From: an uncultured Acidimicrobiales bacterium
GTDB lineage: Bacteria; Actinomycetota; Acidimicrobiia; Acidimicrobiales; DATKAS01
Direction of reading: 5' to 3'
NCBI GenBank assembly: GCA_963708175.1
Contig: CAVPSD010000006.1
Location: 128,031-192,030 of the forward strand
Length of the DNA: 64,000 nucleotides
Notes under the pieces: model-generated
Told to the model about the DNA's origin: nothing
Databases searched by the model: none
The model's input: the letters and a program-made list of their open reading frames with translations, nothing else
Position numbers and translations under genes: made by a program
Shown: piece by piece, positions 29,168 to 37,284 of the stretch
Layout of the letters: each line of letters opens with the position of its first letter
Position numbering within the stretch: the stretch's first letter is position 1

Positions 29168-29737
29168 TCAGACCTTCCTCCCGAGGAACGCCATCAGCTG
29201 AGTCTGCTCGTCCGCGCCTTCGGGGGGCTCCACCTTGGCCGCGTACAACAATGGCTGGCGGAGCATCGCGTCGAACGGCTTCACGCCGTCGAGCAACGCG
29301 TGCACGAGCTCGGGATCGAGCTGCACGTCGTATCCGATCGCTTGGCTCAGATCCCAGGTGTGCACGGACACGTCGAGGATGCAGGCAGGGAGGAACTGGT
29401 CGAGCGGTACCCGGCCGGTCGGGCCGTCCACGACCTTGGCGAGGTTCTCTGGCGTGAGGTCGCGTGCGGTCGTCTCGAGAGCAGTCGCGAACACGGCCTT
29501 GGGGTCATCGCCCGCGAGCACGCGACTCGAAGGCCACTCGCTGTACTGCATCGCGAGCTTGCCGGTGGTCGCGAGCGTCGAGACCATGCGGAGGCTTCCC
29601 ACCGAGTGGCCAACGACATCGACCGCCTTCCACTCCTCACACGGTGACTGCGCCTCCCACTGGTCGCCCTCGACCATCTCGACAACGGCCTGGAGATCAC
29701 GCAGCGCGCGGAGGTAGCGGTCGCTGGTCTCGCTCAT
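29168..29737 (-). CDS. TIGR03086-like mycothiol-dependent / DinB-type metal-binding protein, paralog A
   Basis: 189 aa, DQWEAQSPCEEWKAVDVVGH...HTWDLSQAIG...KVEPPEGADEQTQLMAFLGRKV. Confidence 0.7.
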   Translation of the reverse strand: MSETSDRYLRALRDLQAVVEMVEGDQWEAQSPCEEWKAVDVVGHSVGSLRMVSTLATTGKLAMQYSEWPSSRVLAGDDPKAVFATALETTARDLTPENLAKVVDGPTGRVPLDQFLPACILDVSVHTWDLSQAIGYDVQLDPELVHALLDGVKPFDAMLRQPLLYAAKVEPPEGADEQTQLMAFLGRKV

Positions 29738-29755
29738 CCGCGCGGCCCGGTCGCG

Positions 29756-30319
29756 TCAGACCTTCCGTCCGAGGAACGCCATCAGCTGGGTCTGCTCGTC
29801 GGCGCCTTCCGGGGGCTCGACCTTCGGACCGAAGAGGTTCGGCTGCCGCAACATCGCGTCCATCGGTCTCACGTTGTCGAAGCACTGGTGGACGAGCTCG
29901 GGATCGAGCGTGACCTCGTGACCGATGGCCTTGCTCAAGTCCCAGGTGTGAGCGATCACGTCGAGCGTGATGATGCCGAGGAAGTTGTCGAGCGGCATCG
30001 AGCCAAAGGGGCTGTTCACCACCTTCACGAGGTTGTCGGGCGTGAGGTCGGCCTCGGCCTGCTTCCGCGCCGCGGCGAACCCCTCCTGTGGATCGGCGCC
30101 CGCCAACGTGCGCCCGTCAGGGAACCCGCTCAGTCCCGACTCACTCGTGTTGGCGAGGGACGAAACCATCTTGAGGCCACCGACCAGGTGGCCGACGACA
30201 TCGACCGCCTTCCACTCCTCGCAGGGTGACTGGGCCTCCCACTGGTCGTCCTTGACCATCAAGATGACGGTCTCAGCACCGTCGAGAGCCCGGATGTACT
30301 TCTCTTGACCTTCGCTCAT
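29756..30319 (-). CDS. TIGR03086-like mycothiol-dependent / DinB-type metal-binding protein, paralog B
   Basis: ATG at 30319 (MSEGQEKYIRAL...). It shares DQWEAQSPCEEWKAVDVVGH and an identical 22-aa C terminus with paralog A. Confidence 0.7.
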   Translation of the reverse strand: MSEGQEKYIRALDGAETVILMVKDDQWEAQSPCEEWKAVDVVGHLVGGLKMVSSLANTSESGLSGFPDGRTLAGADPQEGFAAARKQAEADLTPDNLVKVVNSPFGSMPLDNFLGIITLDVIAHTWDLSKAIGHEVTLDPELVHQCFDNVRPMDAMLRQPNLFGPKVEPPEGADEQTQLMAFLGRKV

Positions 30320-30345
30320 GCGCGGAACGTTATGCCCCTGAGCGC

Positions 30346-30564
30346 TCACACGCCGAGGGCGACCTCGCGCGCCCGCTCGGGCTCCACTCCTGCTCGGGCG
30401 GCCAGCCAGCATGCGACCGGCGCGGACTGGCGTTGCGAAGCGTGCGCCGCGATGCCAGCGAGGTCGAGCAGCGTCACGATCTCGTCCGGGGTCGGTGGCG
30501 CCGTGCCCAGCGCGGTCGCGAAACGGGTGCACCACTCGGTGACCTCTGCAGGTACATCACTCAT
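30346..30564 (-). CDS. Small DUF6457-like protein
   Basis: 72 aa, MSDVPAEVTEWCTRFATALGTAPPTPDEIVTLLDLAGIAAHASQRQSAPVACWLAARAG... The pattern resembles DUF6457 proteins as I remember them. Confidence 0.5.
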   Translation of the reverse strand: MSDVPAEVTEWCTRFATALGTAPPTPDEIVTLLDLAGIAAHASQRQSAPVACWLAARAGVEPERAREVALGV

Positions 30565-30598
30565 GTTGCTGTCTCCTCGGTCGCGGCGAAGCCGCTCC

Positions 30599-30604
30599 TA
30601 GGAT
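30599..30604 (+). promoter_or_regulatory. Candidate -10 hexamer (TAGGAT) for a leaderless transcript
   Basis: A TANNNT hexamer ends 7 nt before the ATG at 30612, with no SD. Confidence 0.4.
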
Positions 30605-30611
30605 CGCCGCG

Positions 30612-30863
30612 ATGGGGGCCATCGACCACCTCATGTGGGTCGTGCCCGATCTCGACGCCGGGATCCTCTGGGGGACGTCGCCGCACCCATCCGCCGACCT
30701 GCCGACCGATTGCGCGCTCGAGCGGCTCGAGGTGTTCGACCCCGATCCTGGAGAGCTGACGCGGCTCATCCGCACACTCGACGTCGACGGAGTCGAGGTG
30801 CAACAGGGCGCAGCTGGCGCGCGTGCGACACTGCGCACGCGGTCGGGCACCGTGGAGCTCTGA
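30612..30863 (+). CDS. Unusually short VOC/glyoxalase-like protein (possible internally deleted remnant)
   Basis: 83 aa. The N terminus MGAIDHLMWVVPDLDAGI and the C terminus LEVFDPDPGELTRLIRTLDVDGVEVQQG...ATLRTRSGTVEL look like the two ends of a glyoxalase-like-domain protein with the middle missing. Confidence 0.4.
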   Translation: MGAIDHLMWVVPDLDAGILWGTSPHPSADLPTDCALERLEVFDPDPGELTRLIRTLDVDGVEVQQGAAGARATLRTRSGTVEL

Positions 30864-30886
30864 CCGTCCACCCAAAGGGGAGGCAG

Positions 30887-31090
30887 ATGCGTCAGATCCG
30901 ACATCCTCTCAGCGGAGCGCTGTACGACCTCAACGAGGACGGCACCGTCACCGTGACGAAGGACGGACGCGAAGGACGCTTCACCGCCCAGGGACGCTGG
31001 CTGGCCGGCGACCTCCGGTCGGCCGACCCGCAGCTCTGTGGGTGGATCGCGGGCCCCGCGCTCCCCTCTCGACGGACGGCGAGCGCGTGA
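30887..31090 (+). CDS. 67-aa hypothetical protein translationally coupled to the Rieske oxygenase
   Basis: MRQIRHPLSGALYDLNEDGTVTVTKDGREGRFTAQGRWLAGDLRSADPQLCGWIAG... There is a strong SD (AAAGGGGAGG) 4 nt upstream of the ATG. The stop overlaps the GTG of the next gene (GTGA). Confidence 0.55.
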   Translation: MRQIRHPLSGALYDLNEDGTVTVTKDGREGRFTAQGRWLAGDLRSADPQLCGWIAGPALPSRRTASA

Positions 31091-32436
31091 CCCGCTCCGC
31101 CGGCCTCTCCTATCAAGAGCTCCTCGACACTGACAGCCGCAAGGTGCCTGACGTCCTCCGGCTCGAGGCGCGCGCCCATCTCGGCGACGACGACAAGCCG
31201 GTGTCGCGTTACACGACGCGCGAGTTCCACGACCTCGAAGTCGAGCGGCTGTGGAAGAAGGTCTGGCAGATGGCGTGTCGGGAGGAGGACATCCCGGACG
31301 TCGGCGACACCACCGTCTACACGATCGCCCACCTGTCGATCCTCATCGTGCGATCCGCACCCGACACGATCAAGGCGTTCTACAACGCGTGCCTGCACCG
31401 CGGCCGATTGCTTCGCGAGGAGGACGGCTTCACCCACGAGCTGCGGTGCCCTTTCCACGGCTACTGCTGGAACCTCGACGGCTCGCTCAAGCAGATCCCG
31501 GCCGAGTGGGACTTCCCCCAGGTCGATCGCGACGAGTTCCACCTCCCCGAGGTCAAGGTGGGCACGTGGGGCGGGTTCGTGTTCGTGAACATGGACCCGA
31601 ACTGCGAACCGCTCCACGAATTCCTCGGTGACCTCACGAGCCACTTCGAGCGGTGGCCGCTCGAGCAGCGCTACAAGGAAGCGCACGTGGCCAAGGTGCT
31701 GCGCTGCAACTGGAAGGTCGCGCAGGAAGCGTTCATGGAGGCGTTCCACGTCGTTGCCACGCACCCACAGCTCCTCGCGGGCATCGGTGACGAGAACTCG
31801 CAGTACGACGTCTTCGGCAACTTCAGCCGGGCGATCACCGCGAACGGCACGCCGAGCCCGCACCTCACGTGGGAGCCGACACAGCAAGAACGGTTCGACG
31901 CGATGACCGATCGGCGGCTCGACGAACCTCCCGCGTTCGAGCTACCCGAGGGTGTCGGCGCCCGTGAGGCCGCGGCGATGGGCGCCCGCGTCGGCCTCGC
32001 GCCGATCCTCGGCCAGGACGCGGTCGAAGCGTTGTGTGACGCGGAGCTCGTCGACAGCTTCTATTACACCGTGTTCCCGAACTTCCACCCGTGGGGCGCG
32101 TACAACCGGATCGTGTATCGGTTCCGACCGAACGGCGACCGCCACGACGAGTCGATCATGGAGTGCATGTATCTCTCGCCCTTCGCGGGCGACCGCCCGC
32201 CACCGGCTCCAGTGCACTGGCTCGGCCCCGACGACGACTGGACGCTCGCACCCGAGCTGGGCTTCCTGGCGCGAGTGTTCAACCAGGACACGTTCAACCT
32301 GCCGAAGCTGCAGCTCGGGCTCAAGACGATGGCCAAGCCCGGCGTGACGCTCTCGCTCTACCAAGAGACGAAGATCCGCCACTTCCATCGACTCCTCGAG
32401 CGCCAGCTCGAGCTCGCTGACGGGAAACACAACTAG
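31087..32436 (+). CDS. Rieske (2Fe-2S) aromatic ring-hydroxylating oxygenase, alpha subunit-like
   Basis: Rieske motif CLHRG...CPFHGYCW, then NWKVAQEAFMEAFHVVATHPQ (mononuclear iron region). GTG start at 31087. Confidence 0.85.
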   Translation: MTRSAGLSYQELLDTDSRKVPDVLRLEARAHLGDDDKPVSRYTTREFHDLEVERLWKKVWQMACREEDIPDVGDTTVYTIAHLSILIVRSAPDTIKAFYNACLHRGRLLREEDGFTHELRCPFHGYCWNLDGSLKQIPAEWDFPQVDRDEFHLPEVKVGTWGGFVFVNMDPNCEPLHEFLGDLTSHFERWPLEQRYKEAHVAKVLRCNWKVAQEAFMEAFHVVATHPQLLAGIGDENSQYDVFGNFSRAITANGTPSPHLTWEPTQQERFDAMTDRRLDEPPAFELPEGVGAREAAAMGARVGLAPILGQDAVEALCDAELVDSFYYTVFPNFHPWGAYNRIVYRFRPNGDRHDESIMECMYLSPFAGDRPPPAPVHWLGPDDDWTLAPELGFLARVFNQDTFNLPKLQLGLKTMAKPGVTLSLYQETKIRHFHRLLERQLELADGKHN

Positions 32437-32648
32437 GTGTACTCGGCCGCGGCCGCTGCCTTCTTCCCGCGGGTCGGCCCGAAGAGGCCGACGAGGACGC
32501 CGAGCCCCGCGAACGCTCCGATGACCGCGAGAAACGGCCACGACGAGCTCACGACGAGCTTGCCGTAGATCAGGAGCATGGTCGCCACACCGAGACCGAG
32601 CAGCGCGCCGGCGAAGAACCCGCGAATCGGATGCCGCTTGCGGCTCAC
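32433..32648 (-). CDS. 71-aa two-TM hypothetical membrane protein
   Basis: (V)SRKRHPIRGFFAGALLGLGVATMLLIYGKLVVSSSWPFLAVIGAFAGLGVLVGLFGP... The GTG overlaps the upstream stop (GTGA). Confidence 0.5.
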   Translation of the reverse strand: MSRKRHPIRGFFAGALLGLGVATMLLIYGKLVVSSSWPFLAVIGAFAGLGVLVGLFGPTRGKKAAAAAEYT

Positions 32649-33382
32649 GGAGTGCTCCCCTCTGGAGGTGGTGGTGGAGGCGGCGGCGTGGGCGGCTGTT
32701 CCACCGTCGGCTCGGGCCCCGCGAACGGTGCGTGCTCGCCGGTCGTGAGCGGTTCCGCGATCGCGGGACCCTGCGACGGACCAGGAGCGGGACCAGCGGG
32801 TGGAGCCTGCGGAGGGAGAGACGATGGCGCGGCGCCTGTCGCTGCGAGCTTCGCCTTCGGCAACGACGCGTAGCCCAGCGCGACGCCACCCGCGATGAGG
32901 GCGATCGCGACGATCCACGGGATCGTCCCGATCGGCGAGCCGACGAGCTTCACGTACGCGTTGCCACTGCACGCGCCGCCTTCGCCCGAGATGCTTCCCG
33001 ACACGTAGTAGACGCCGGTGACCTTGAACGGCAAGTACTCGCTGACATCGGCGACGCCGATCGTCGAGGTCTGCCGCGAGCCGTTGGCCGAGCCTCCGGA
33101 CTTCACGGTGGCGCCGAAGACCTTGACTTCCCAATGGTGGTTCACCATGAGCGGGCCGGTTCCGGCGTACTCGACGGTGCCGTCGTAGTCGACGAGGACA
33201 GGGTTGTCGCTCGTGCCGGGTTCGGGGCTCGGCGCAGTCACGGCCATCACCTGGTTGTGGTCGGCGTCGAACGAGGTGCCTTGGCCCTCGCAGCCGCCGG
33301 TGAGGTTGACTGCTCCCGCAGGTGCGGCCGTCAGCGCGAGCCCAGCGGCAACGAGCGCGGTGATGCACAGCAGACGACGCAT
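32645..33382 (-). CDS. Secreted/membrane-anchored hypothetical protein with a Pro-rich tail
   Basis: Signal peptide MRRLLCITALVAAGLALTAAPAGA, a globular ~150-aa domain with two Cys, the TM helix IPWIVAIALIAGGVALGYA, and a C-terminal PPQAPPAGPAPGP...PPTPPPPPPPP. Confidence 0.6.
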   Translation of the reverse strand: MRRLLCITALVAAGLALTAAPAGAVNLTGGCEGQGTSFDADHNQVMAVTAPSPEPGTSDNPVLVDYDGTVEYAGTGPLMVNHHWEVKVFGATVKSGGSANGSRQTSTIGVADVSEYLPFKVTGVYYVSGSISGEGGACSGNAYVKLVGSPIGTIPWIVAIALIAGGVALGYASLPKAKLAATGAAPSSLPPQAPPAGPAPGPSQGPAIAEPLTTGEHAPFAGPEPTVEQPPTPPPPPPPPEGSTP

Positions 33383-33407
33383 CTGACCCCCTCCGTCGGC
33401 CCGGACC

Positions 33408-34271
33408 CTATCCCGGCGGTGCTCCTGTCTGACGGGCCTGAGGCCGGGCTGGCTGCTGTCGCGGGGTCGACTCGTCTCGATCGGTGAGGGCCCACTTGAA
33501 GAACAGCACTGCCATCACCGTCCAGACGATGGGGATGTTGCCGATCTTCATGATGGCCCCGGCGAGCTGTTGGTCGTTCAGCGCGCCAAAGTTGTGGATG
33601 CGGGGTGCCAGCTCGTACGTGCGATAGAGCGGGAAGCTCGAGAAGGTCAGAAAACCGCCGGGGATCATCGCGAACACGCCCGCGGCGATGAAGATGTACA
33701 CCATGCGCACCGGGTAGGACGGATGCACCAGCTCGGGCAGCGGGCTGATCAGCGGCAGCCAGAGCACGAGGCCACCAGCGAGCCAGACCAAGTCGAGCAC
33801 GAACCCGCCCATCTGGGTGGTGCGAACGTTGTCGACGACGATCGGCGTGTGCGTGATGAGCAGGACCGCGTTGACGGTGATCACTGCAGCGATCGGACGC
33901 GACAGGAATCGCAGCACACGGTAGATGCGGAGCTTCCCGGTGATGCGTCGCGCCATCCACTCGGGAGTGCCGAGAAGGAGCAACGGCGACGCGACGAGCG
34001 TGTAGAGCATGTACTGGACCATGTGCGCCGACGCCAGGTAGCCCGCGCCGAGCGTCGCGAGCGGCCAGTCGGTCGCGAGCCACAGCACGACCCAACCGAA
34101 CAGGAACCACAGCACGCGGCGCCGGTCGATCGGTGCGCCGGTGCGGCGATGGCGGCGGTAGATCGCCCGGAAGTAGCCGAAGGCGAGGAGACCGACCATC
34201 AGCCACACGCCCGGGTAGGCGCGGAACTGCCAGTGCCACGGGACCTTCAGGGCCTGGCACCAGAAGCTCAC
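33408..34271 (-). CDS. Cytochrome c oxidase assembly protein (CtaG/Caa3_CtaG family)
   Basis: 287-aa polytopic membrane protein. The features ...HMVQYMLYTLVASPLLLLGTPEW... and NDQQLAGAIMKIGNIP are typical of the family. Confidence 0.7.
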   Translation of the reverse strand: MSFWCQALKVPWHWQFRAYPGVWLMVGLLAFGYFRAIYRRHRRTGAPIDRRRVLWFLFGWVVLWLATDWPLATLGAGYLASAHMVQYMLYTLVASPLLLLGTPEWMARRITGKLRIYRVLRFLSRPIAAVITVNAVLLITHTPIVVDNVRTTQMGGFVLDLVWLAGGLVLWLPLISPLPELVHPSYPVRMVYIFIAAGVFAMIPGGFLTFSSFPLYRTYELAPRIHNFGALNDQQLAGAIMKIGNIPIVWTVMAVLFFKWALTDRDESTPRQQPARPQARQTGAPPG

Positions 34272-34732
34272 GGGTTCACCTTCGCGAGCACGTCGTCATA
34301 CGACAGGACGGGGACCGTGAGGTCGATGGGCGCAGCGTGCTCGAACCGCAGCTGCACGCGAACCTCGTCGCCGGGCTGCAACGGTGCGCGCAGGTTTTCC
34401 AGCATGATGTGCGACCCACCGGGCTCGAGTCTGGTGTCGGCGCCGGCCTTCATGCGCAGATCACCGCTCGGGGCCATGTCCGGACCGTGCAGCGTGACCC
34501 TGGCTGCGGCGTCGCTCGACACGGCGATGAGCTCATCGGCGCCACCGTCGTTGTGGAGCGTCACGTATACCGCGGCCGCATCCGACGTCGACTCCGACGC
34601 GTATGCATCGACGACTGACAGATCCGCGGGTCCCGCGTTCGACGAGGTGCGAGCGAAGAACGCGATCGCGAGCCCGGCGGCCACGCCGACGAGGACCGCG
34701 CGCGTCTTCGCTTGCGACGTCATGAGGGCCAC
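34268..34732 (-). CDS. Copper chaperone PCu(A)C (DUF461)
   Basis: 154 aa with a signal/TM segment, AAVYVTLHNDGGADELIAVSS and GGSHIMLENLRAPLQPGDEV (H(M)x10Mx21HxM-like region). Confidence 0.75.
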   Translation of the reverse strand: MALMTSQAKTRAVLVGVAAGLAIAFFARTSSNAGPADLSVVDAYASESTSDAAAVYVTLHNDGGADELIAVSSDAAARVTLHGPDMAPSGDLRMKAGADTRLEPGGSHIMLENLRAPLQPGDEVRVQLRFEHAAPIDLTVPVLSYDDVLAKVNP

Positions 34733-35430
34733 TCTGTCGTCGTGACGAGTCGAGGCAGGTCACGCGCCCAGTCCGCTTGCCGGATGCCGAAGGGGTAGAC
34801 GACATGCGCCTCGTCGTCGAGCGAGTACGCGATGACCTGGCTGGCATGACCGACCTTGTACTTGCCATCAGCGGCGGGCTGCTCGAGGACCGCTTCGGGC
34901 ACTCGCGCCGCTTGCTCGGCCGCGGTGATCTCGGCAGACGTGCCGGTGAGCCCGACGAACGTCACGTCGAAGTTGTCGAGCCACTTGCGGATCACGGCGG
35001 GCGTGTCACGAGCCGGATCGGTCGTCACGAACACCACCTTGATCTTCGAGTTGACCTCTCCAGAGACCTCTTGCAGCACCGCGGCGAGGTTGGCCATGTG
35101 GAGGGGGCACACGTCCGGGCAGCTCGTGTATCCGAAGTACAGGAGCGTGACGGAACCCGCGGTCTCCTTGCGGAAGTCGTAAGGGGCGCCATCCGTGTCG
35201 GTCAGGGTGAAGTCGGGCTTCGCGAGCGGCTCCCCGAGCAGCGTGCCCGCCCACCCGTCGTTGTCGTCCGTCTCGCCCGACTCGGACCGCATCGCCAAGA
35301 ACGCGAGGACACCGAGCACGACGATTCCCAGAGCGACCGCGATGGCCACGAGCCGAACGTTCGGCGGCGTCCCCGTCGGCTCGGGAGCATCGCGGGAGGG
35401 CTCTGAAGTGGTCACGCTCATCGCGGCCAC
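34720..35430 (-). CDS. SCO1/SenC family copper-binding thioredoxin-like protein
   Basis: TM anchor, then LLYFGYTSCPDVCP (CxxxC) and ...YKVGHASQVIAY. Start is the GTG at 35430 or the ATG at 35421. Confidence 0.85.
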   Translation of the reverse strand: MAAMSVTTSEPSRDAPEPTGTPPNVRLVAIAVALGIVVLGVLAFLAMRSESGETDDNDGWAGTLLGEPLAKPDFTLTDTDGAPYDFRKETAGSVTLLYFGYTSCPDVCPLHMANLAAVLQEVSGEVNSKIKVVFVTTDPARDTPAVIRKWLDNFDVTFVGLTGTSAEITAAEQAARVPEAVLEQPAADGKYKVGHASQVIAYSLDDEAHVVYPFGIRQADWARDLPRLVTTTEWPS

Positions 35431-35459
35431 CAGTCTCGCACCGGCCCCGCCTCACCTCC

Positions 35460-35546
35460 CATTCGCCCGAGGTCTGGCCATTCGCCCGAGGTCTGGCCAT
35501 TCGCCCGAGGTCTGGCCATTCGCCCGAGGTCTGGCCATTCGCCCGA
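35460..35546. repeat. Perfect 19-bp tandem direct repeat, 4 full copies plus an 11-nt partial copy
   Basis: The unit cattcgcccgaggtctggc occurs at 35460, 35479, 35498 and 35517, with a partial copy at 35536-35546. It is intergenic, between the sco operon start and the divergent SnoaL-like gene. The period is not a multiple of 3. Confidence 0.95.
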
Positions 35547-35552
35547 TAGCGT
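35547..35552 (+). promoter_or_regulatory. Candidate -10 hexamer (TAGCGT) for a leaderless SnoaL-like gene
   Basis: A TANNNT hexamer directly abuts the end of the 19-bp array and ends 6 nt before the GTG at 35559. No SD is present. Confidence 0.4.
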
Positions 35553-35558
35553 CCGCAC

Positions 35559-35960
35559 GTGCCCGATCCGACCGCTGATGTCGAGAACGTCGCCGCCCGC
35601 TTCTTCGCCGCGATCGAGGCGGGCGACACCGCCGCCCTGCGCTCCCTGTACGCACCCGACGCGGTCGTGTGGCACAACACCGACCAGGTCGAGCAGTCCG
35701 TCGACCAGAACCTCGTCGTGTTGCACTGGGTGGTCGACCACGTGAAGGGCTGGCACTACGAGGACGTCCGGCGCACGGCCTACGACGGTGGCTTCGTCCA
35801 GCAACACATCGGCAAGGGCGTCGCGCCGAGCGGGCTGCCGTTCGCGATGCCCGCCTGCATCGTCGGCACCGTGGAGGGCGGGAGGGTCACCCGTATCGAG
35901 GAGTACATCGACTCCGCGGCCGTCGAGGCGCTGCGCGTCAGACCAGATCGCCCTGACTGA
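35559..35960 (+). CDS. SnoaL-like / NTF2-fold protein
   Basis: 133 aa, VENVAARFFAAIEAGDTAALRSLYAPDAVVWHN..., typical of NTF2-like ketosteroid-isomerase-fold proteins. Confidence 0.65.
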   Translation: MPDPTADVENVAARFFAAIEAGDTAALRSLYAPDAVVWHNTDQVEQSVDQNLVVLHWVVDHVKGWHYEDVRRTAYDGGFVQQHIGKGVAPSGLPFAMPACIVGTVEGGRVTRIEEYIDSAAVEALRVRPDRPD

Positions 35961-36684
35961 TCGGCGTCTGCTCGGTCACGGGCACACCGCCCTGGACCTC
36001 GTCGGTGATCATGATCGTCTGCACGAGCGGATCGGTGTGGAACGCCGACACAGACGGATCGTTGCCGAGCACGCCGAGTGAGATGACCTCTGAGCCGATG
36101 ACGCCCCACATCTGGTAGGTGCGATCCGACGCGAGCGTCGGCATCGAGCGCGGGACGAGGTAGCCCTGGCCGTCGAGCTGCACGATGACGTCCGCCATCG
36201 TGGTCCCCGCGTCGGTCGTCAGCGCGGTCAGTCGCGAGTCGGGATCGGTCATCGCGCTCGCAGCCGCAGCCACGACCGCATCCGCCGAGGAGGCCGCCTC
36301 GAGGTCGTCGATGCGCTGACCCTGGTGCACGACGGTGAGGCCGAGCATCGCGATCGCCGCCGCGGCGACCGCACCGAGTGCGACGGGCCACCACCGTCGC
36401 TTGGGCTTCTCGTCCGCCGCCACGAGCCGCAGTTGTGGGACGGGATGTTCGGCGGCGTCGGTCGCGATCTCCTCCGAGATCCGATCCCAGACGCCATCGG
36501 GAGCTTGGCCGCCGACGAGGGACATCATCGCCGCCACCTCGCGGTGCTCGGTGACCTCCGCGCGGGCCCGCGGGTTCTGCTCCAGGTACTGCTCGATCTG
36601 CTCGCGCTCGTCCGGATCGACGGCGTCGAGCGCATAGGCACCGAGCAGTTCGTCCATCTCAGCAGGCGTCAACCGCCGGTTCAT
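35938..36684 (-). CDS. Anti-sigma factor (RskA-like, zf-HC2-less N domain plus TM plus extracytoplasmic domain)
   Basis: 248 aa, ELLGAYALDAVDPDEREQIEQYLEQNPRARAEV, the TM helix WWPVALGAVAAAAIAMLGLTV, and a C-terminal YQMWGV motif typical of RskA. It overlaps the sigma gene stop. Confidence 0.75.
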   Translation of the reverse strand: MNRRLTPAEMDELLGAYALDAVDPDEREQIEQYLEQNPRARAEVTEHREVAAMMSLVGGQAPDGVWDRISEEIATDAAEHPVPQLRLVAADEKPKRRWWPVALGAVAAAAIAMLGLTVVHQGQRIDDLEAASSADAVVAAAASAMTDPDSRLTALTTDAGTTMADVIVQLDGQGYLVPRSMPTLASDRTYQMWGVIGSEVISLGVLGNDPSVSAFHTDPLVQTIMITDEVQGGVPVTEQTPISQGDLV

Positions 36685-37268
36685 GACGGCCCTCCCGCGC
36701 CGATGTCGACGAGTGTCGTCCGCATCCGCTTGAGACCCGACCGAATGCGGCTCTTCACTGTGCCCTCAGGTTCCCGCAAGAGCGCTGCGACCTCCCGATA
36801 GGTGTGGCCACCGAAGTACGCGAGCTCGATTGCGCGGCGCTCGCCCTCGGGCAAGGACGACACCGCTTGACGCACCTTCTCCGCCATCGCCAGGTCCCAC
36901 ACCTCGTGCTCCAGGTCATATCCGCCTTCCGCCGTGGCCCGCGCCTCCCGCTCCTCGCGACGCCGCCTCGAGCCCTCGGAACGCAACAGGTCGACCGACC
37001 GGCCATGGGTCTGCGCGAGGAGGTACGAGCGCAGCGAGCCGCGACTCGGCTCGAAGCGATCCGGATGGTTCCAGAGCCGGAGGAACACCTCCTGGGTGAC
37101 CTCCTCCGCGAGCGTCTCGTTCGCGAGCAGCCGGCGAGCGAGGCCGTAGACCGCACCGGCGTGCCGGCGGTACGCCTCGGCAAGGGCGTCCTGGCGGTAG
37201 CGAGCAACTGCCACGACGAGCGCGGCATCGCTGACGTCGCGCAGCGGCTCGGCGTTCACGGGAGGCAT
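36681..37268 (-). CDS. ECF RNA polymerase sigma factor (SigK-like)
   Basis: 195 aa with region 2 (EVTQEVFLRLWNHPDRFEP) and region 4 (LPEGERRAIELAYFGGHTYREVAALLREPEGTVKSRIRSGLKRM). Confidence 0.85.
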   Translation of the reverse strand: MPPVNAEPLRDVSDAALVVAVARYRQDALAEAYRRHAGAVYGLARRLLANETLAEEVTQEVFLRLWNHPDRFEPSRGSLRSYLLAQTHGRSVDLLRSEGSRRRREEREARATAEGGYDLEHEVWDLAMAEKVRQAVSSLPEGERRAIELAYFGGHTYREVAALLREPEGTVKSRIRSGLKRMRTTLVDIGAGGPS

Positions 37269-37284
37269 ACGGATCCGATGTCCT

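Noticed and set aside
35460-35546. CRISPR array interpretation of the 19-bp and 17-bp repeats
   Set aside because: The 19-bp copies are directly abutting with no spacers. The 17-bp array has only 7-nt variable parts. No cas genes are present.
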